Shown: in pieces, positions 47,496 to 61,350 of the stretch
How the letters are laid out: each line of letters opens with the position of its first letter
Position numbering within the stretch: the stretch's first letter is position 1
Assembly (NCBI RefSeq): GCF_964355755.1
Contig: NC_092671.1
Coordinates: 4,774,001-4,838,000 of the forward strand
Direction of reading: 5' to 3'
DNA from: Antedon mediterranea
Taxonomy: Eukaryota; Animalia; Echinodermata
Length of the DNA stretch: 64,000 nucleotides
Notes under the pieces: generated by a model
Told to the model about the DNA's origin: nothing
The model's database searches: none
Seen by the model: only the letters and a program-made list of their open reading frames with translations
Position numbers and translations under genes: made by a program

Positions 47496-49940
47496 AATTA
47501 AAATACAGATTATCATTGATTATCATTGAAGAACAAGAAATATTTTAAAATTCTATTTTGACAAACCAAAATTAGTTACTGACTTGAATGACAGTTTTAG
47601 TGCTTATTTTACGAGCACTAAAACCTTCATTCAGCCAAAGATAGTGTAGTAGGAAGATGTTACACTTCGCTCAAAAATTAGAGAACCGCTCGAGATAGGG
47701 CGCCTCTCACGACGAGTAGGGATAGACGAATCTGAAAGATGACGAGCGCAATGGCAAATCCCAACGAAAATGGTGTTTTTGGCAATAAATTGTAAAAATA
47801 AGCCACAAAAAACATCAAACTTCTTTTTTTTTTCTTTATTATACAAAGTTAAAAATTAATATGATGTTTTCATACTGTTTTTGGATCTTTTTAATTGTTA
47901 ATACATTTATTTGGAGTGAGTTTTGGAATGACATGACTGTAAACACTGAGCTAGGATCAGGAGGAGGCTCACGCGCGCCTGTAGACGCAATCATGAATGG
48001 ATGCTGGTCATCTCGTACCCAAACCAACCCGTACCCAAACCAACCCGTACCCATAAAAACTCTTACTCATCTTGGTAAACCCCAGTCAAGTCTGAAGTCA
48101 TAATGCAAATTTTACAGTATACAGTATTGTTGTTGGCAAACAATAAATGATTTATGAATAAATGATAGCAATTCTTCTGCAATTTCAATATTTTCTATAC
48201 AGCAATTTCTAAAAACTCTAGGGGTAGGTAGAAATTATCTGTTTCTATAGATTAATAATATAGAATTCTAAAACTTCTATAGGCCTATATAGATTCTATA
48301 GAACATTTTTTGTAAGGGTAGTATAATAAAAGGGGGTAAAGTAGGCCTCCCCACGGAAATTTTTTTCTTTGATATACCTTACCAATATTATTAATGAACT
48401 CATCGGCTTATAATTAATATATTATCGATAATGTTAGGCATTACATAATCATGGCAAATTACGATGAATGCACGAAAGTTTGGAGTGTTACAAGCATATT
48501 AATATAATAATTATTAGTTATTATTAAATTATTTAAATTAATAGATAATTAACAATAATTGTTTTTTTTTAAAGTAAAAAAAACATACCCGTATAGTCCT
48601 AAATTCCTATTGAATGTTGCGGCCTACTGGTACCGTATTCATTGTATATGTTTCCTCTTATAGACGACTATTTGTATAATATTATTGATTACAATAGAGA
48701 TTGATTGATTGATTACACATGCCATACTACCTATTCTCTTTTATTACCCATTTAGAAATAATCCATACGTAATCGATTATTATATAGGCATACACATTGT
48801 AGGCCTATTATTATTACCACTAATAGGCCCCTAATTTATTTATTCACTCTGATAAAAAAGTGTTTCTAAAGCTAGGTATTACATTCTTTATCTCTGTCCA
48901 ATGTTAACAATTAAATGTAAATAATAATTTTTAAAAAGTTAAGTTGATGTCCAAATAAAAACATTAGGCCTAAAATAAAAGAAATAAAATATGGTAGATA
49001 TTCCAGGTACCTAAACAATTCCAGGTAATTGAAACACAAATTTGTATTCCAAAACATAAAAATATGATTTCATTTGCACTTTCTATAAAGATAACAGTAC
49101 ATTTTATATGTTAAATTCGTATTAAATCTTAATTTTACAGTCATATTATTCTTCTGTTATATAGCCTATTTCCTATACAATAACCCTCCGTATCCCTACT
49201 CGACGTGCGAGGCGCCCTTTAAATTTAGCTCCATGTTGTCTCGCTTTTATTTGCATTGAACGAATAGGAAGTGTAACATCTTCATACTACACTATCTTTG
49301 ATTCAGCTCAGTAACTAATTTTGGTTTGTCAAATAGAATTTTAAAATAACGTATCTTCAAACCAGATAAACATTTTCAATCATGAAGAACACGAAACTTC
49401 TTAAAATACCGACACGGATTATATTATTTCGCAAAATCGTAACAACTGCACTGAGGCTTAATTATTCACAGCAACTACGATATTTATTAAATGTAATGGA
49501 CTGTATTTATTAAACCGAACTACGGTGGTACAACATACTTTATCAAAGAGACAGTATTCTACCCGTATAGAATGTACTTTATCAACTAGACAGTTAGGTG
49601 ATCTAACTTTATTAATCGTGTTTGTGTGCAAATCCTTCCGGGACTAACGACTGCCTTTGGGTCTCTTCTTTGTTAAACTGTCCAGAAAATAAATCGATGT
49701 TACAAAATGTGGAATACAATATTGTCATTATCGAGTTAATTCAGAAGTGTATAAATTGTCATCAACAATTTCTAGTCAACCTTTTGTTAAGGTGGTTAAG
49801 ATTTATATTAGACACTTGCAATCTAATCAGTATGAGTAAGTTTTGTAAGAAAACTATAGAAGGTAATAATAAAATCGACTCGTGTTTTAGATCTAAATGC
49901 GGTATTTGCTGCTCCAACCACCGCCACTATATTTGACAAT

Positions 49941-50213
49941 AAAGCTAATTGCCTATACACTATCAAATTTTATGTGACAAAAAATGTGTCCATAATGGAC
50001 GTGTTGATGTCATATCACTACCATATTTGGGTATATTACATAGCCTATGCAGTAAATACGCGAACGTGATTGCTTGAAACTACATCACATGACTACCGCT
50101 GCGAGGATCGTAAATCGTAATATATCCTCGAGAACGATGATTGACCGAGTAATTTTCGCGTACCATATTTGGGCATTTTTGTCAAACTAGTTTGATAGTG
50201 TAGACAGAGCTTT
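49941..50213. mobile_element. MITE family A copy with an internal insertion
   Basis: TATCAAATTTTATGTGACAA...CTACCATATTTGGG...GTCAAACTAGTTTGATAGTGTAGACAGAGCTT matches the 21617 copy. Confidence 0.6.
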
Positions 50214-51557
50214 CTTTACATTGCAGAAGAGGATATTGGTTTCAACTGGATTGGACGGGTATTAACACATGCATACATGAAAGACCATACATGAACTAAC
50301 GTTTGATGCAATAGACACAGTTAACTATACATGACGGTGCTTGTATATTACTAGAATGTAAAAGACATTTTTTGCTGTTTATCAATAATTCATTTGTGAA
50401 AGCCCCTTGGTTAGTTTCATATGACGGTGAACGTAATGAACACAAACTCCACCCTTGTGGATAACCGGTAGTATGGAAGACAAAGTAGTTTTTCTCTTTT
50501 GGACTGCTCCACTGGCTCTAGCTTTTTACAATTTTCATGTATACGGTGTGTTGTGCATACAGAATTATTACATTTTTTTCACAACTTTTTTTTTTTTTCA
50601 TTTCAAACTGGCACAATTATTTGTGAATAATAACGTAATTTTAAAATTTAGAATAGAAACATAGATATCATGAGAATAGTCAACTCCAACACATTCACAG
50701 CTCAAACGCGCACCATTCAATTCAACTTTTATTTAAATACAGAGGCCCAGATTAACTTCTCTGGTCCGTGTACAAAACAAATACAATTTCACAACAATGC
50801 TTTAACAATATAAATATACAGTATACAGTATATATATATTTAATAGTTTAATAAAGTTTATGTTTAAACGAGTCATTGTTGTTGATAATATAGAGTTGAT
50901 TTTTTTTAACTTTAAGCCTGCAGTAAATACATATATGTTTTTAATTAATTGTTATATTTAGAGAATTTATAAGTTCTAACAAAATAAATATAATATTTTT
51001 AATGATCGTTATCTATTACAAACTAATAAATCTTAATTTATATTTAACATTATTTCACTTCATCGCGGTTTTATGCCGACTACATGAATACCATGTCAAT
51101 AAGATAATTTCTGAAACAAACATATGCCAAATATTTTTTAATTGCCTTACCTATAGTTTCTGTATATTTCTGAGTAGAAACCAAAAGAAATAATTTCACC
51201 GTACGTAAAAACAGATTAGTTCGATTCGATAACCATGCATTATAGTATGATTTTCTCTGCTTAAGGCTTGGTTCCATCGCAATGCAATCTAACAGTACAC
51301 TGAGTTCGCCTTGCCAAGATAGAAACAGTCTATTGATGTGGCTGCGACAAATACTACACAGTATTACATGTTCTCTGCGGCGCGCGGTGCATGTTAAGAG
51401 GCGTGGAACTGATCGTGTCGCAGCCACAGATAAACTTTTGATCTCTGGAACCCTGCTGTTAGATTGCTATGGTTCCTCTATAGGACGCAACGCAAGGACG
51501 CATACGCAACGCAGGAAATATTTAAAACAATACAGAATGTACATTTTTCCAAACATG

Positions 51558-52667
51558 TCAACTTATGGTACTTACTACTACCGTTGAAAGAGATAATGAC
51601 GAATTCATTTTGTTTGTACAAGATCTGGAGTTGTTTACCACCGTGGTGGTAACACCACATGAATTGAAAAGTGCATGTCTATATGATTCGTTTGACAGGT
51701 TGTAGATGATTGGATTAATTGCTGAATTAACAAACGCAAGAAGCTGAAACACATTTAGGAAAAACACAATACTATCGTCGTTGACGAAAACGTATTTATC
51801 AAAAATATAAAGTGTGTTTAACGGCGCAGTAAAGATAATGTAAACGGAAACGGTGATGATGACAGTTCGTAACGCTTTCATTTCGTAGCTTACACGGTTG
51901 CTTACATATATCGACGACGAATCGTTCACAGACTTGTTGAAGGTTCCACGTATTGATACAAACACCATTCCGTACATTATGATCATTAACAGAATTACAA
52001 ACAGTGACAATATAACATCTACTAAAGCAAGAATATCCATTGCTTCACAGACTCTAGGTTCAAATCCAGCGCAATAGGCGCATATAGCTGTAGAGTTAGG
52101 AACACCATGCGTCATATCAGGCCATGGAAAATCAAGCCTTTCTTTTCCGAAGACAAACAGATTTCGAGATTGGTTTAACAAGATTACAATCCAAATAACA
52201 CCGCAGATTTTCAATGTGCGTTTTTTGGACAAATACCTGCGATATTCAAGGGGTTTTACAATCGCCCAAAAACGTTCAGCGGAAATCGCCATGGTAAATG
52301 TAGAAGATAGTTGATAAGTTGAGTTTATAATGTATGCGTTGAATTTACAATATTCCGGAGGATACATTGATTGGTCAAAGTTAGGTTTAAATGGACTGTC
52401 TAGATGCATTATCCAAAAAGACACCGGAGCAACAAGCAAGAATAAGCAATCTGACATCGCTAGATTCAGCAAGTAGAAATTCAATGAGTTGTACATATTC
52501 TTATTGATAATGAGAACAAGAATAATAGATACATTGCCAGTAATACCGATAAACGCAAAGATGGGGAGAATAACATACATTACAATGAACTCCAAACTAC
52601 CTCTCAGGTACGGTTCCATTTCTGTATCCCAATCAAATTCTTTTAACGGAATGGTCATGTTTTCCAT
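51558..52667 (-). CDS. Intronless rhodopsin-class GPCR (peptide-receptor-like orphan), 369 aa
   Basis: Seven hydrophobic segments; GN (TM1), NLAMSD (TM2), ERF (DRY position), NSAINPIIY (TM7). The ORF begins at GTG 52667; ATG MENMT is at 52667-52665 by the supplied translation. Confidence 0.93.
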   Translation of the reverse strand: MENMTIPLKEFDWDTEMEPYLRGSLEFIVMYVILPIFAFIGITGNVSIILVLIINKNMYNSLNFYLLNLAMSDCLFLLVAPVSFWIMHLDSPFKPNFDQSMYPPEYCKFNAYIINSTYQLSSTFTMAISAERFWAIVKPLEYRRYLSKKRTLKICGVIWIVILLNQSRNLFVFGKERLDFPWPDMTHGVPNSTAICAYCAGFEPRVCEAMDILALVDVILSLFVILLMIIMYGMVFVSIRGTFNKSVNDSSSIYVSNRVSYEMKALRTVIITVSVYIIFTAPLNTLYIFDKYVFVNDDSIVFFLNVFQLLAFVNSAINPIIYNLSNESYRHALFNSCGVTTTVVNNSRSCTNKMNSSLSLSTVVVSTIS

Positions 52668-52924
52668 TTTGAAATGTATGTGATAACGCGCAAATTAGAG
52701 TTTCTAGGATGACAACACACACATGCACAGTTTACTTTACATTTTTCTTTGAAGAAAGTTTAGATACCGTTTTAGTAAAAATCAGACCATTTTTCTAATA
52801 ATGGCGTTCTTCGATTATACGACGCTCAAGTTCTATACGTAAAATAACGTCCGCAAGTTTGTCTTAGTTGTTTTCATTTCAATGCATAATATGTTATTCT
52901 GTTTGGTACCGGTAGTTTAAATCA

Positions 52925-53052
52925 CTATATAAAGCAAATTCACAGAAGACTGGCGCACTCTATCGAAAGATGGCGATCTTCGTTCTAATTACCGTATTTG
53001 ATCGATTAGTCTCGATTCATCAACAAGTCAGTGGAGGACCAATCAGATACGT
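52925..53052 (-). promoter_or_regulatory. Putative GPCR promoter module (CCAAT box, YY1-like site, TATA-like box)
   Basis: Blocks AGAAGACTGGCGCACTCTA..GAAAGATGGCGATC and GGACCAATCA.ATACG are shared with 54548-54676 while the surrounding sequence has diverged. Confidence 0.5.
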
Positions 53053-53277
53053 ATAAATTATTTCTCAATTTTTGACTTTTCACCGATAAGTCAAAACATC
53101 GAAACGTGTTTAAATAAACTGCCATTAAATTTATCATGTGGTTGGAATTGAAATCTTTAGGGCACAATATTTTCTACAACAGTACATTGTATGATTAAAT
53201 CTCAGACCCGTTTACATTGTTAGCATATTACATTCTGTAAAACAGTGCAAGATATTTATTATTTGCTGTCAACATTG

Positions 53278-54387
53278 TCAACCTATGTTACTTGATATTG
53301 TTGAAAGAGATATAGAAGATTTCAGATGTAGCTTTTTTCTACCAGATCTCGTTGTTACCGTGGTGGTAACACCACATACATTGAAAAGGGCATGTCTATA
53401 TGATTCGTTTGACAGGTTATAGATGATCGGATTAATTGCTGAATTAACAAACGCAAGAAGCTGAAATACAATTAAGAAAAAACCAATACTATCGTCATCA
53501 ACGAAAACGTATTTATCAAAAATATAAAGTGTGTTTAACGGCGCGGTGAAGATAACGTAAACGGAAACGGTGATGATGACAGTTCGTAACGCTTTCATTT
53601 CGTAGCTTACACGGTTGCTTACATCGACGACGAATCTTTCAGACTTGTTGAAGCTAGTTCCACGTATTGATACAAACACCATTCCGTACATTATGATCAT
53701 TAACAGAATTACAAACAGGGATAATATAACATCTACTAAAGCAAGAATATCCATTGCTTCACAGACGCTAGGTTCAAATCCAGCGCAATAGGCGCATATA
53801 GTTGTAGAATTAGGAACACCATGCGTCATATCAGGCCATGGAAAATCAAGCCTTTCATTTCCGAAGACAAACAGATTTCGAGATTGGTTTAACAAGATTA
53901 CAATCCAAACAACACAGCAGATTTTCAATGTGCGTTTTTTGGACACATACCTGCGATATTCAAGGGGTTTTACAATCGCCCAAAAACGTTCAGCGGAAAT
54001 CGCCATGGTAAATGTGGAAGATAGTTGACAAGTTGAGTTTATAATGTATGCGTTGAATTTACAATATTCGAGAGGATACATTGATTGGTCAAAGTTAGGT
54101 TTAAATGGACTGTCTAGATGCATTATCCAAAAAGACACCGGAGCAACAAGCAAGAATAAGCAATCTGACAACGCTAGATTCAGCAAGTAGATATTCAATG
54201 AGTTGTACATATTCTTATTGATAATGAGAACAAGAATAATAGATACATTGCCAGTAATACCGATAAACGCAAAGATGGGGAGAATAACATACATTACAAT
54301 GAACTCCAAACTACTTCTCAAGTACGGTTCCATTTCTGTATCCCAATCAAATTCTTCCAAAATAGTGTTGTTTTCCATTTCTGACAT
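53278..54387 (-). CDS. Intronless rhodopsin-class GPCR, 369 aa, recent paralog of 51558-52667
   Basis: Same 7TM motifs; protein nearly identical to its neighbour except at the termini and ICL3. Confidence 0.93.
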   Translation of the reverse strand: MSEMENNTILEEFDWDTEMEPYLRSSLEFIVMYVILPIFAFIGITGNVSIILVLIINKNMYNSLNIYLLNLALSDCLFLLVAPVSFWIMHLDSPFKPNFDQSMYPLEYCKFNAYIINSTCQLSSTFTMAISAERFWAIVKPLEYRRYVSKKRTLKICCVVWIVILLNQSRNLFVFGNERLDFPWPDMTHGVPNSTTICAYCAGFEPSVCEAMDILALVDVILSLFVILLMIIMYGMVFVSIRGTSFNKSERFVVDVSNRVSYEMKALRTVIITVSVYVIFTAPLNTLYIFDKYVFVDDDSIGFFLIVFQLLAFVNSAINPIIYNLSNESYRHALFNVCGVTTTVTTRSGRKKLHLKSSISLSTISSNIG

Positions 54388-54547
54388 GTATCGCGTAATT
54401 GGATTTTAGAGGTGGATGGCAACACAAGTAACATAAGTACAGTACTTTAGCCTAAATGTATAGCGAAGAAAGTTACTTTAGTAAAAATAAAACCGTATTT
54501 ATAGTTTGTTTTTTTCTTTTATGCCAAAACACAAATGTATTTGGTAG

Positions 54548-54676
54548 TTTATAGAGCAAATGATCCAGAGAAGACTGGCGCACTCTAAAGAAAGATGGCG
54601 ATCCTCAACTTAATTAATTAGCTAGATTTATCGCTAGGTTTATTAAATTCGTTAGTGGCTGGACCAATCAAATACG
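54548..54676 (-). promoter_or_regulatory. Putative GPCR promoter module, second copy
   Basis: TATAAA on the minus strand at 54548-54553; same conserved blocks as 52925-53052. Confidence 0.5.
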
Positions 54677-56560
54677 CCAGAATCATTTCTATATATAATT
54701 TGTTAATACAGTATACGTTTTCATGTGTCATAAATACTGAACAATATAACTAGGGCTACTACTCGGTGTACGCATGCACGAATAGTTATTTATTAGTAGG
54801 ATAAATTATTATTGGATTTGTAGTAAATATTCATCTTCACTAGCATTTTAAAATTATTTGACATGTTTTATTACCACCATGGTCTGATTATTGTCTTCAC
54901 TTTTCTTCAACTCGATTCAATTGCTCTGAATACAAATGTCAACAAATGTTTATAGTCACTTTCCATTCCCTTATACTACACAGGCCTATACACATTTCGT
55001 TTCGTTCCTAGACCCCATGGTCTATGACATTTATTCATAATTTAGGCCCTTTTTCTAAAATAACATTTAGAGAACGGAAAGTAATGCATCTTATTTTATA
55101 TGCTAAATAAAATACTTCGATAAATTATATAAAACATTACAATCCTTTGAGGACATTATTGATAGAACATAAAAACTGACGGATTATAACGTACAAAATA
55201 ATAATAAAGTAAAATGAAAGTCATCTTCTATACATTATTCTGAACATAGTTTGCATATTCTATTGTTTTTGCTCACATTATTCCATCTTTCTCTATTTCT
55301 AAATCTAGTATACCAATTCGAATTTTCGTTAAAATACCGTACATCTATTTATAGATAATAAATTCTAAATTAAACTCGTTTTTAAATAATTCAATCTTGA
55401 ATTTATGTTCTTACTCTTTCATTAAAATGTTGTCTTTCTATATCAGTGAGTCTAAACTTTAGCACAGAAATAAACGAAACAGAGTCATGGACCTGCTGAG
55501 AAAACAACACAACCAAACCCAATTGAACAGAGAATTTACTTGCTTAACATAATATAACCAAAAAATGTATGTCGTTCAGCTCTTCTTAATTGATATAAAT
55601 AACATTCATAAGAATAACGATTATGGTCTATATTTATTAAGCGTAACCAATAACGAAAAACATTAATTATTTCTGAAGTAGCATATATCTGGTGTATTTC
55701 TACTAACTCCCAACACACTTTCAGAATCTTTTTTGAATGTCTTCAATATCCATATCATTTTTTTTATTATTTATGAAGAAAATAATTGTGATCTACTGAA
55801 TCAAACGCTCGTCTAACGAAGGCTCTACATATTAATGATGAACCTACGTTTTTTTTATCGTTGAATAAAATGTTATACGAAGGATTTTACTAATATAAAA
55901 TATGATTCTCTATAACATTCTTATTTTCTTTTTTTTATTAGTTTTACATTCCTTTATTCACGGCAGAATAAAAGCATTATTATTATAAGTGCAATTGTGT
56001 GCATGAATTGAAAAAATTATCTCATTAGCTTGCGATCGGTTCGGTTTAATAATAATAAATATCCTTGGCCAACAACTTATTTCCTAACAACGATTCTAGT
56101 TATTACTCACTTTCGACTAAACATCATTATTTTCCAATTGCTTTTCTACTTAATATTAGAGAAACGAATGTATGATGTTACCGTCTTTATTGCGATTCAC
56201 CTTCTAAACGATTAAGAAACAACGGTAAACAATCAACAAACCAAGGATAAACAAATCAAAATGTCCTTAATAACATTTGAAAACATTATTAAAAGTAGAT
56301 GCCGTACTTAGAAATAAAAAAGAATATCATTCGATTAATGTACGTTTTAAAAATACCTCTATAGTTACTTTAATTGGAATGTTAATTGGCCTATAAGTAT
56401 AACACAATTTGTAAAGAAAATTAAAATCAGTTAGGGTAGGGGAACAGCAACCTTGTCTATAAAATCGAGGCTCTCTCCTCGTCCCCGGCCCCACAAACTC
56501 GCGCATCCATTAATATGTGTTACCCAGATGTTCTGGTTCAACTTATGATTTTGTTCTTAA

Positions 56561-56907
56561 AGATGTATTGTCCTCCAAAAACATGAAAAATGAAGATTAA
56601 TTAAATCAGACTTTGAATAGTAGGTTATTTTGTAGTTAAGTTAATCATTTCCGTAGAAAAAAAAATGAAAACAAATAATGTTTTCACTTAGAAAAAGACA
56701 AAGTAGCCTAAATGGTTAAATTCAACCAAAAACCTATTGCCTGGCAGCCAATTTGACTATTTTTTGCTTTAAACTTCCATTTTTTTAGGGAAATACATAT
56801 TGTTTTCAATCCAAATTTTGGTCAAAGTGGATAAATATTATGGGACATTAAAATGGCATATTAAACAAAAAATGGTTTAAGAATTTTTTTTAGGGGACAA
56901 TACATCT
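56561..56907. mobile_element. Kolobok-like MITE
   Basis: TTAA TSD (56557-56560 and 56908-56911); TIRs AGATGTATTGTCC / GGACAATACATCT. Confidence 0.8.
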
Positions 56908-57503
56908 TTAACTGTTCTGGGAGCTTGATCCAACTACAATTATCCAAATCCCCTTATCAAGGAAAATTAGACAAAACGAGTTACGGTTACTCAGGTTGCT
57001 TTACATTCGTAAAGAGTACGAATCTGTGTAATGTGTGGGGAATGGCACGCAAGACATAGATAGATAGATTGTATTAGCTCCCTCTAATGGTTTACGTACT
57101 TTTTCAAAATGTTGTAGCGCCCTCTATAATTTAGACATACCTCATAAAATCTCCTGCCCGATATTGCATTTGTGTGAGGTCTGTATGAATTTACAATTAT
57201 TAGGCGAAAGTAAACATGTGTCATTATCTGCTAATGGCACTTCTTTTACGTTACACTGTCACTGTATGTCTCCTCTAACAATACACTGCATCTTTTTCTA
57301 GTCAGTCAACGGTTTAAGTCCTTTAGCTTCCCAATCTATTTCCAGGTTTCGACACCAAGTCTCCACTTCGATATTTTAGGTTAAAACTTATAACAATAAC
57401 ACATGCCTATTACTGGGCCTGTTACCGTCGCTTGATGGTCACATCAGCTCGCAGTTCCATATGAGATCGGATGAAAGCATGTCGTAAACAGTGTTGTCTA
57501 ATA

Positions 57504-58592
57504 TCAAGCTGAAATACTTTCGAATACTGTCCGATTAGGTACAGATATTTTATCAGTTTTTGTATGAGTTTTCTTTTCTTTTGAAAAACCAAATAATTTC
57601 CAAAATGCTTGTCTGTATGTTTCATTTGAAAGATTATAAATAATTGGATTGTTTGCTGAATTAATCAACGCTATAAACCTGAACACATTTTCAATAAAAC
57701 CAACAACGTCTGGGTTTACCAAATTGAAATTTTCCAAAAGCAACAGCATGTTCAAAGGCGCGGTAAGAAAACTATACGCAGATATTGTAATAACTACAGT
57801 CCGCAACGCTTTCGTCTCATAATTAACTCTATTGCTTGCAGTGGACGTAACCTCTTTCTTAGATTTTGGTCCAAGGAATGACGAAAACAGCGTACCATAC
57901 ATTATAATTATAAATATTATGGCAAATAATACAAAACTCAGATCTAAAACGTACAAGTCGTTCATAGTTTTACAAACAGTCTTATGAAAATCTACACAAA
58001 GGGTGCAAATTGTTGTAGAGTTAGTTACGCCATTTGTCATATCCGGCCAAGGAAACTCGAGCGAACTTTCGCCAATTGTAACAATATTTCGACTTTGATA
58101 AAACAATGTGAATACCCACAATGTACCACATATTTTTAGAGTACGTTTCTTTGATACATACGCGCGATATTTCAACGGGTATGACGTCGCCAAAACGCGT
58201 TCCACAGCGATCGCTATTATAAAGTTACAAGATTGTTGATAAGCTGAATGAACGATAAAGGTATAAAACTTACAATATCCCACAGTAAACCAACTATTAT
58301 CATAATGATGATTTAGCGGACTTTCAAAAAAAGTTATCCATGTGAATGTAGGCGCGACAAGCAGAAACAAACAATCCGAGATTGCCAGGTTGACCAAGTA
58401 AATATTCAACGAATTGCGCATGCGTGGATTGGTACTGAGGACAATAATGGTTGAAATGTTCCCGAAAACACCAATTATGACAATTATTGGAACAGCAACA
58501 AACATTGCATATGCATCAACATCACCATACAAATATGGCTCCATTACTTCTTGCCAATCAATAACCTCAGATGTATTTTTGTTGTTCTCCAT
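57504..58592 (-). CDS. Intronless rhodopsin-class GPCR, ~362 aa
   Basis: ATG at 58592 (MENNKNTSEVIDW) matches the paralogs' N-termini; GN, NLAISD, ERV, FPWPDMTNG, NSANNPIIY. Confidence 0.92.
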   Translation of the reverse strand: MENNKNTSEVIDWQEVMEPYLYGDVDAYAMFVAVPIIVIIGVFGNISTIIVLSTNPRMRNSLNIYLVNLAISDCLFLLVAPTFTWITFFESPLNHHYDNSWFTVGYCKFYTFIVHSAYQQSCNFIIAIAVERVLATSYPLKYRAYVSKKRTLKICGTLWVFTLFYQSRNIVTIGESSLEFPWPDMTNGVTNSTTICTLCVDFHKTVCKTMNDLYVLDLSFVLFAIIFIIIMYGTLFSSFLGPKSKKEVTSTASNRVNYETKALRTVVITISAYSFLTAPLNMLLLLENFNLVNPDVVGFIENVFRFIALINSANNPIIYNLSNETYRQAFWKLFGFSKEKKTHTKTDKISVPNRTVFESISA

Positions 58593-59244
58593 TGTAACGC
58601 TCTTTAGGCACAAGACTGCTGGAGCACTATCCAAAATAGCTTACTCGCGAATACAAAAAAAAAGAGGAATAGCGGAAAAGGGCCGAGAATTAAACCATGC
58701 TTTCTTACAAGATGGTGACCATGATATAAGTGAAACCAAATAACCATATTCATCATAACCACGAAAGTAGGTCTATTCAATCATATTACAATGAGTAGTT
58801 GTTAGCGGTAATTACTTTTAACAATATGTTTTATGAAATGCAAAATGACTTGCCTGTAAATATCTTAACCTGTGATCCTAACTTCCGTTAACTAATGGAT
58901 AGTTGTGACATAGACAATAACATTGTTACTAAACATTACATTAATTTGATATTGAATTCTTATTTGATCGATTTTAAGATTTTAATGGCACTGTAATACA
59001 ATTTCATTTCAATTAATAATAAGGGGCTGGCGCGTCAGCATATACAACAAAGGTGTCCGGTGAGCGAATTGTTGTCTGGAGTGTTTGCATGCACGAAATA
59101 TACTGTCTTGAAAGAGTGCTTGATTGGAGGCAGAACAATACCATAACCAAACGGAAACTGCATCGTGGTATTACCATGGAGATGTTTTAGTATAATATCT
59201 GTATGGAATAACTAATTGAACATTACACTGAGACAACGCTCATC

Positions 59245-59695
59245 ACACCAGATATTAGTGACATCAAGTCCGTTGCCAGATATCGTATGCAGTTAGATCA
59301 GTCCATCATCACCGGACATCAGTGACATCAAGATGTCCATTCATATTGACAGTTAGACCATTCCGTCATCGCCAGACACCAAGATGTCTGATGCCAGATA
59401 TCGGCAGGTAGATCATTCCATCATCACCTGACATCACTGACATCAAGATGTCAGATATCGGCAGGTAGATCAGTCCATCATCACCAGACATCAGTGACAT
59501 CAAGATGTCCATTGCCAGATATTGGCAGTTAGATCAGTCCATCACCACCAGAAATCAGTGACATCAAGATGTCTATTGCCAGATATCGGCAGTTAGATCA
59601 AGTTCATCATCACATCACCAGACATCAGTCACATCAAGATGTCCATTGCCAGATATATTATATCATTATGCAGTTAATTTGGATCAGTCCATCAT
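59245..59695. repeat. ~64-bp minisatellite, about 7 degenerate units
   Basis: Unit TTGCCAGATATCGGCAGTTAGATCAGTCCATCATCACCAGACATCAGTGACATCAAGATGTCCA. Confidence 0.85.
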
Positions 59696-61350
59696 TAGCT
59701 TTAAACTCGACTAAACAAATAGAAATTGGAACTGGTCGTAACATTGTGCACAAATATATTTTGTATACAAGACATTGTTGACAAAAATTAATTAGTAAAA
59801 TAGAATCTAAAATCAATACAATCTGAAATATGCACCCGACTCCCGTTAACCTTTAACCCAATTTTACACACAGGAACCTCATGTGATACAAATTAGATTT
59901 TGTAGTTTTACCAAATTAATATTCCTGATATTGGGCAAAAAGTGTAGTATGTGGAGATACAGCACTGATAATCGGTTAAAATTATTGTGTATGTAGGTTA
60001 AATCAACCAACACTAAAAATGTCAACTTCTGTTCCTTAGACATCATTATACCTAATGATGTTTATACCGTCGTAATACGTACTATCATTTACTTTTAATT
60101 CTCCGAGTGAATATAATAAATATCTTTATATAAAGAATTCTATACGTAATTTGCAATTAAATGCAAGTCATAATACAATTAGTAACAATTATAATTCATG
60201 TGCAATCCAATGTAACACGCGACAATTATTATTAGATATAGACTTTACAATTATAATAATATTTTACTTATGAAAATGTAACAATGATACGAAAAGTTTT
60301 CCATGACATACTTTTCTCCTGCCAGTCCGAGCTTTCATTTTAGGATGTTTTGACAAAATACATTTTAATAGTTTTTTTCTTTCTTTCTTTCTTTCTTTTT
60401 TCTCTCGTGGTACTTTGTGCCAATAATTAACGTATGGGCTTATGTGCATATTAATATGTTGCATACAGTGTTACTGTCTACAGTGGCGAATACAACGTTT
60501 ACATTAACAAGGATCGTGTTCGGTCTTACAGATAATGTGTAAAAAAAACATTGTTTTTATTATTTTTGAATTGAACATACTTAAGATAAGTGGAACAATA
60601 TTCATAACAATTTTGTTTACAACTTTCCATCAATTTTGTAAATTGTTTCTCAATAACGGAAAAAGAATGGTTCATTGATGTTCAGGTTTTCCTTGATATT
60701 TAGGCCTAAGATTGTGATTATGAGTGTCCGTCTTCCGTCTTCCAAAATTCCCGCTTTATAGGTGTACCGCTTCTTTATGAGGTTTTCCCAATGTTTCCTA
60801 ATTGCTTGATTTTAGAGTGTTTTCTAAGACGTTAATCTATTTGGGTATTTAATACCCAATTGTCTTATAGTTTTTTTAATGTCTCGAATTAGTGTTTTTG
60901 GTCTTTCTTCATATCGGCCTTCCTTTCAATTTATGGAATGAAATGTAATATCATATCCGCTAGACGTTGCCATCTTCATTGAAGAATTTTAAGCGACGAG
61001 GGGTACACGTTATGTTTTATGTACAAAGGTAATTAACATCAAATGATTATCATATTAACACTTACACCGATAATGATAATAAGTATATCGCTCAAATTTA
61101 CTTAGCATAAAGTACACGTCATAGTAGGGCAACAAACATCTGAAATTAACTCTGATGCAAAAGTTACTTCGAATTATTTATTCAATTATCTCGTTGCTGC
61201 AGTAGGCCTACCCGCTGTTTCCTTGGAGTTGAATCTACTTTAACTCTGACCATTGTTAGGCCCACTCGAGAATTACTCGATTACTTTTTTTGCTAGTATT
61301 CTCAAATGGACTCATTCATTTAGGGCAATCAAATTAAAATCAATATAACG

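Noticed and set aside
58593-58634. N-terminal extension of the GPCR in the ORF track
   Set aside because: It begins at TTG; the ATG at 58592 matches the paralogs.
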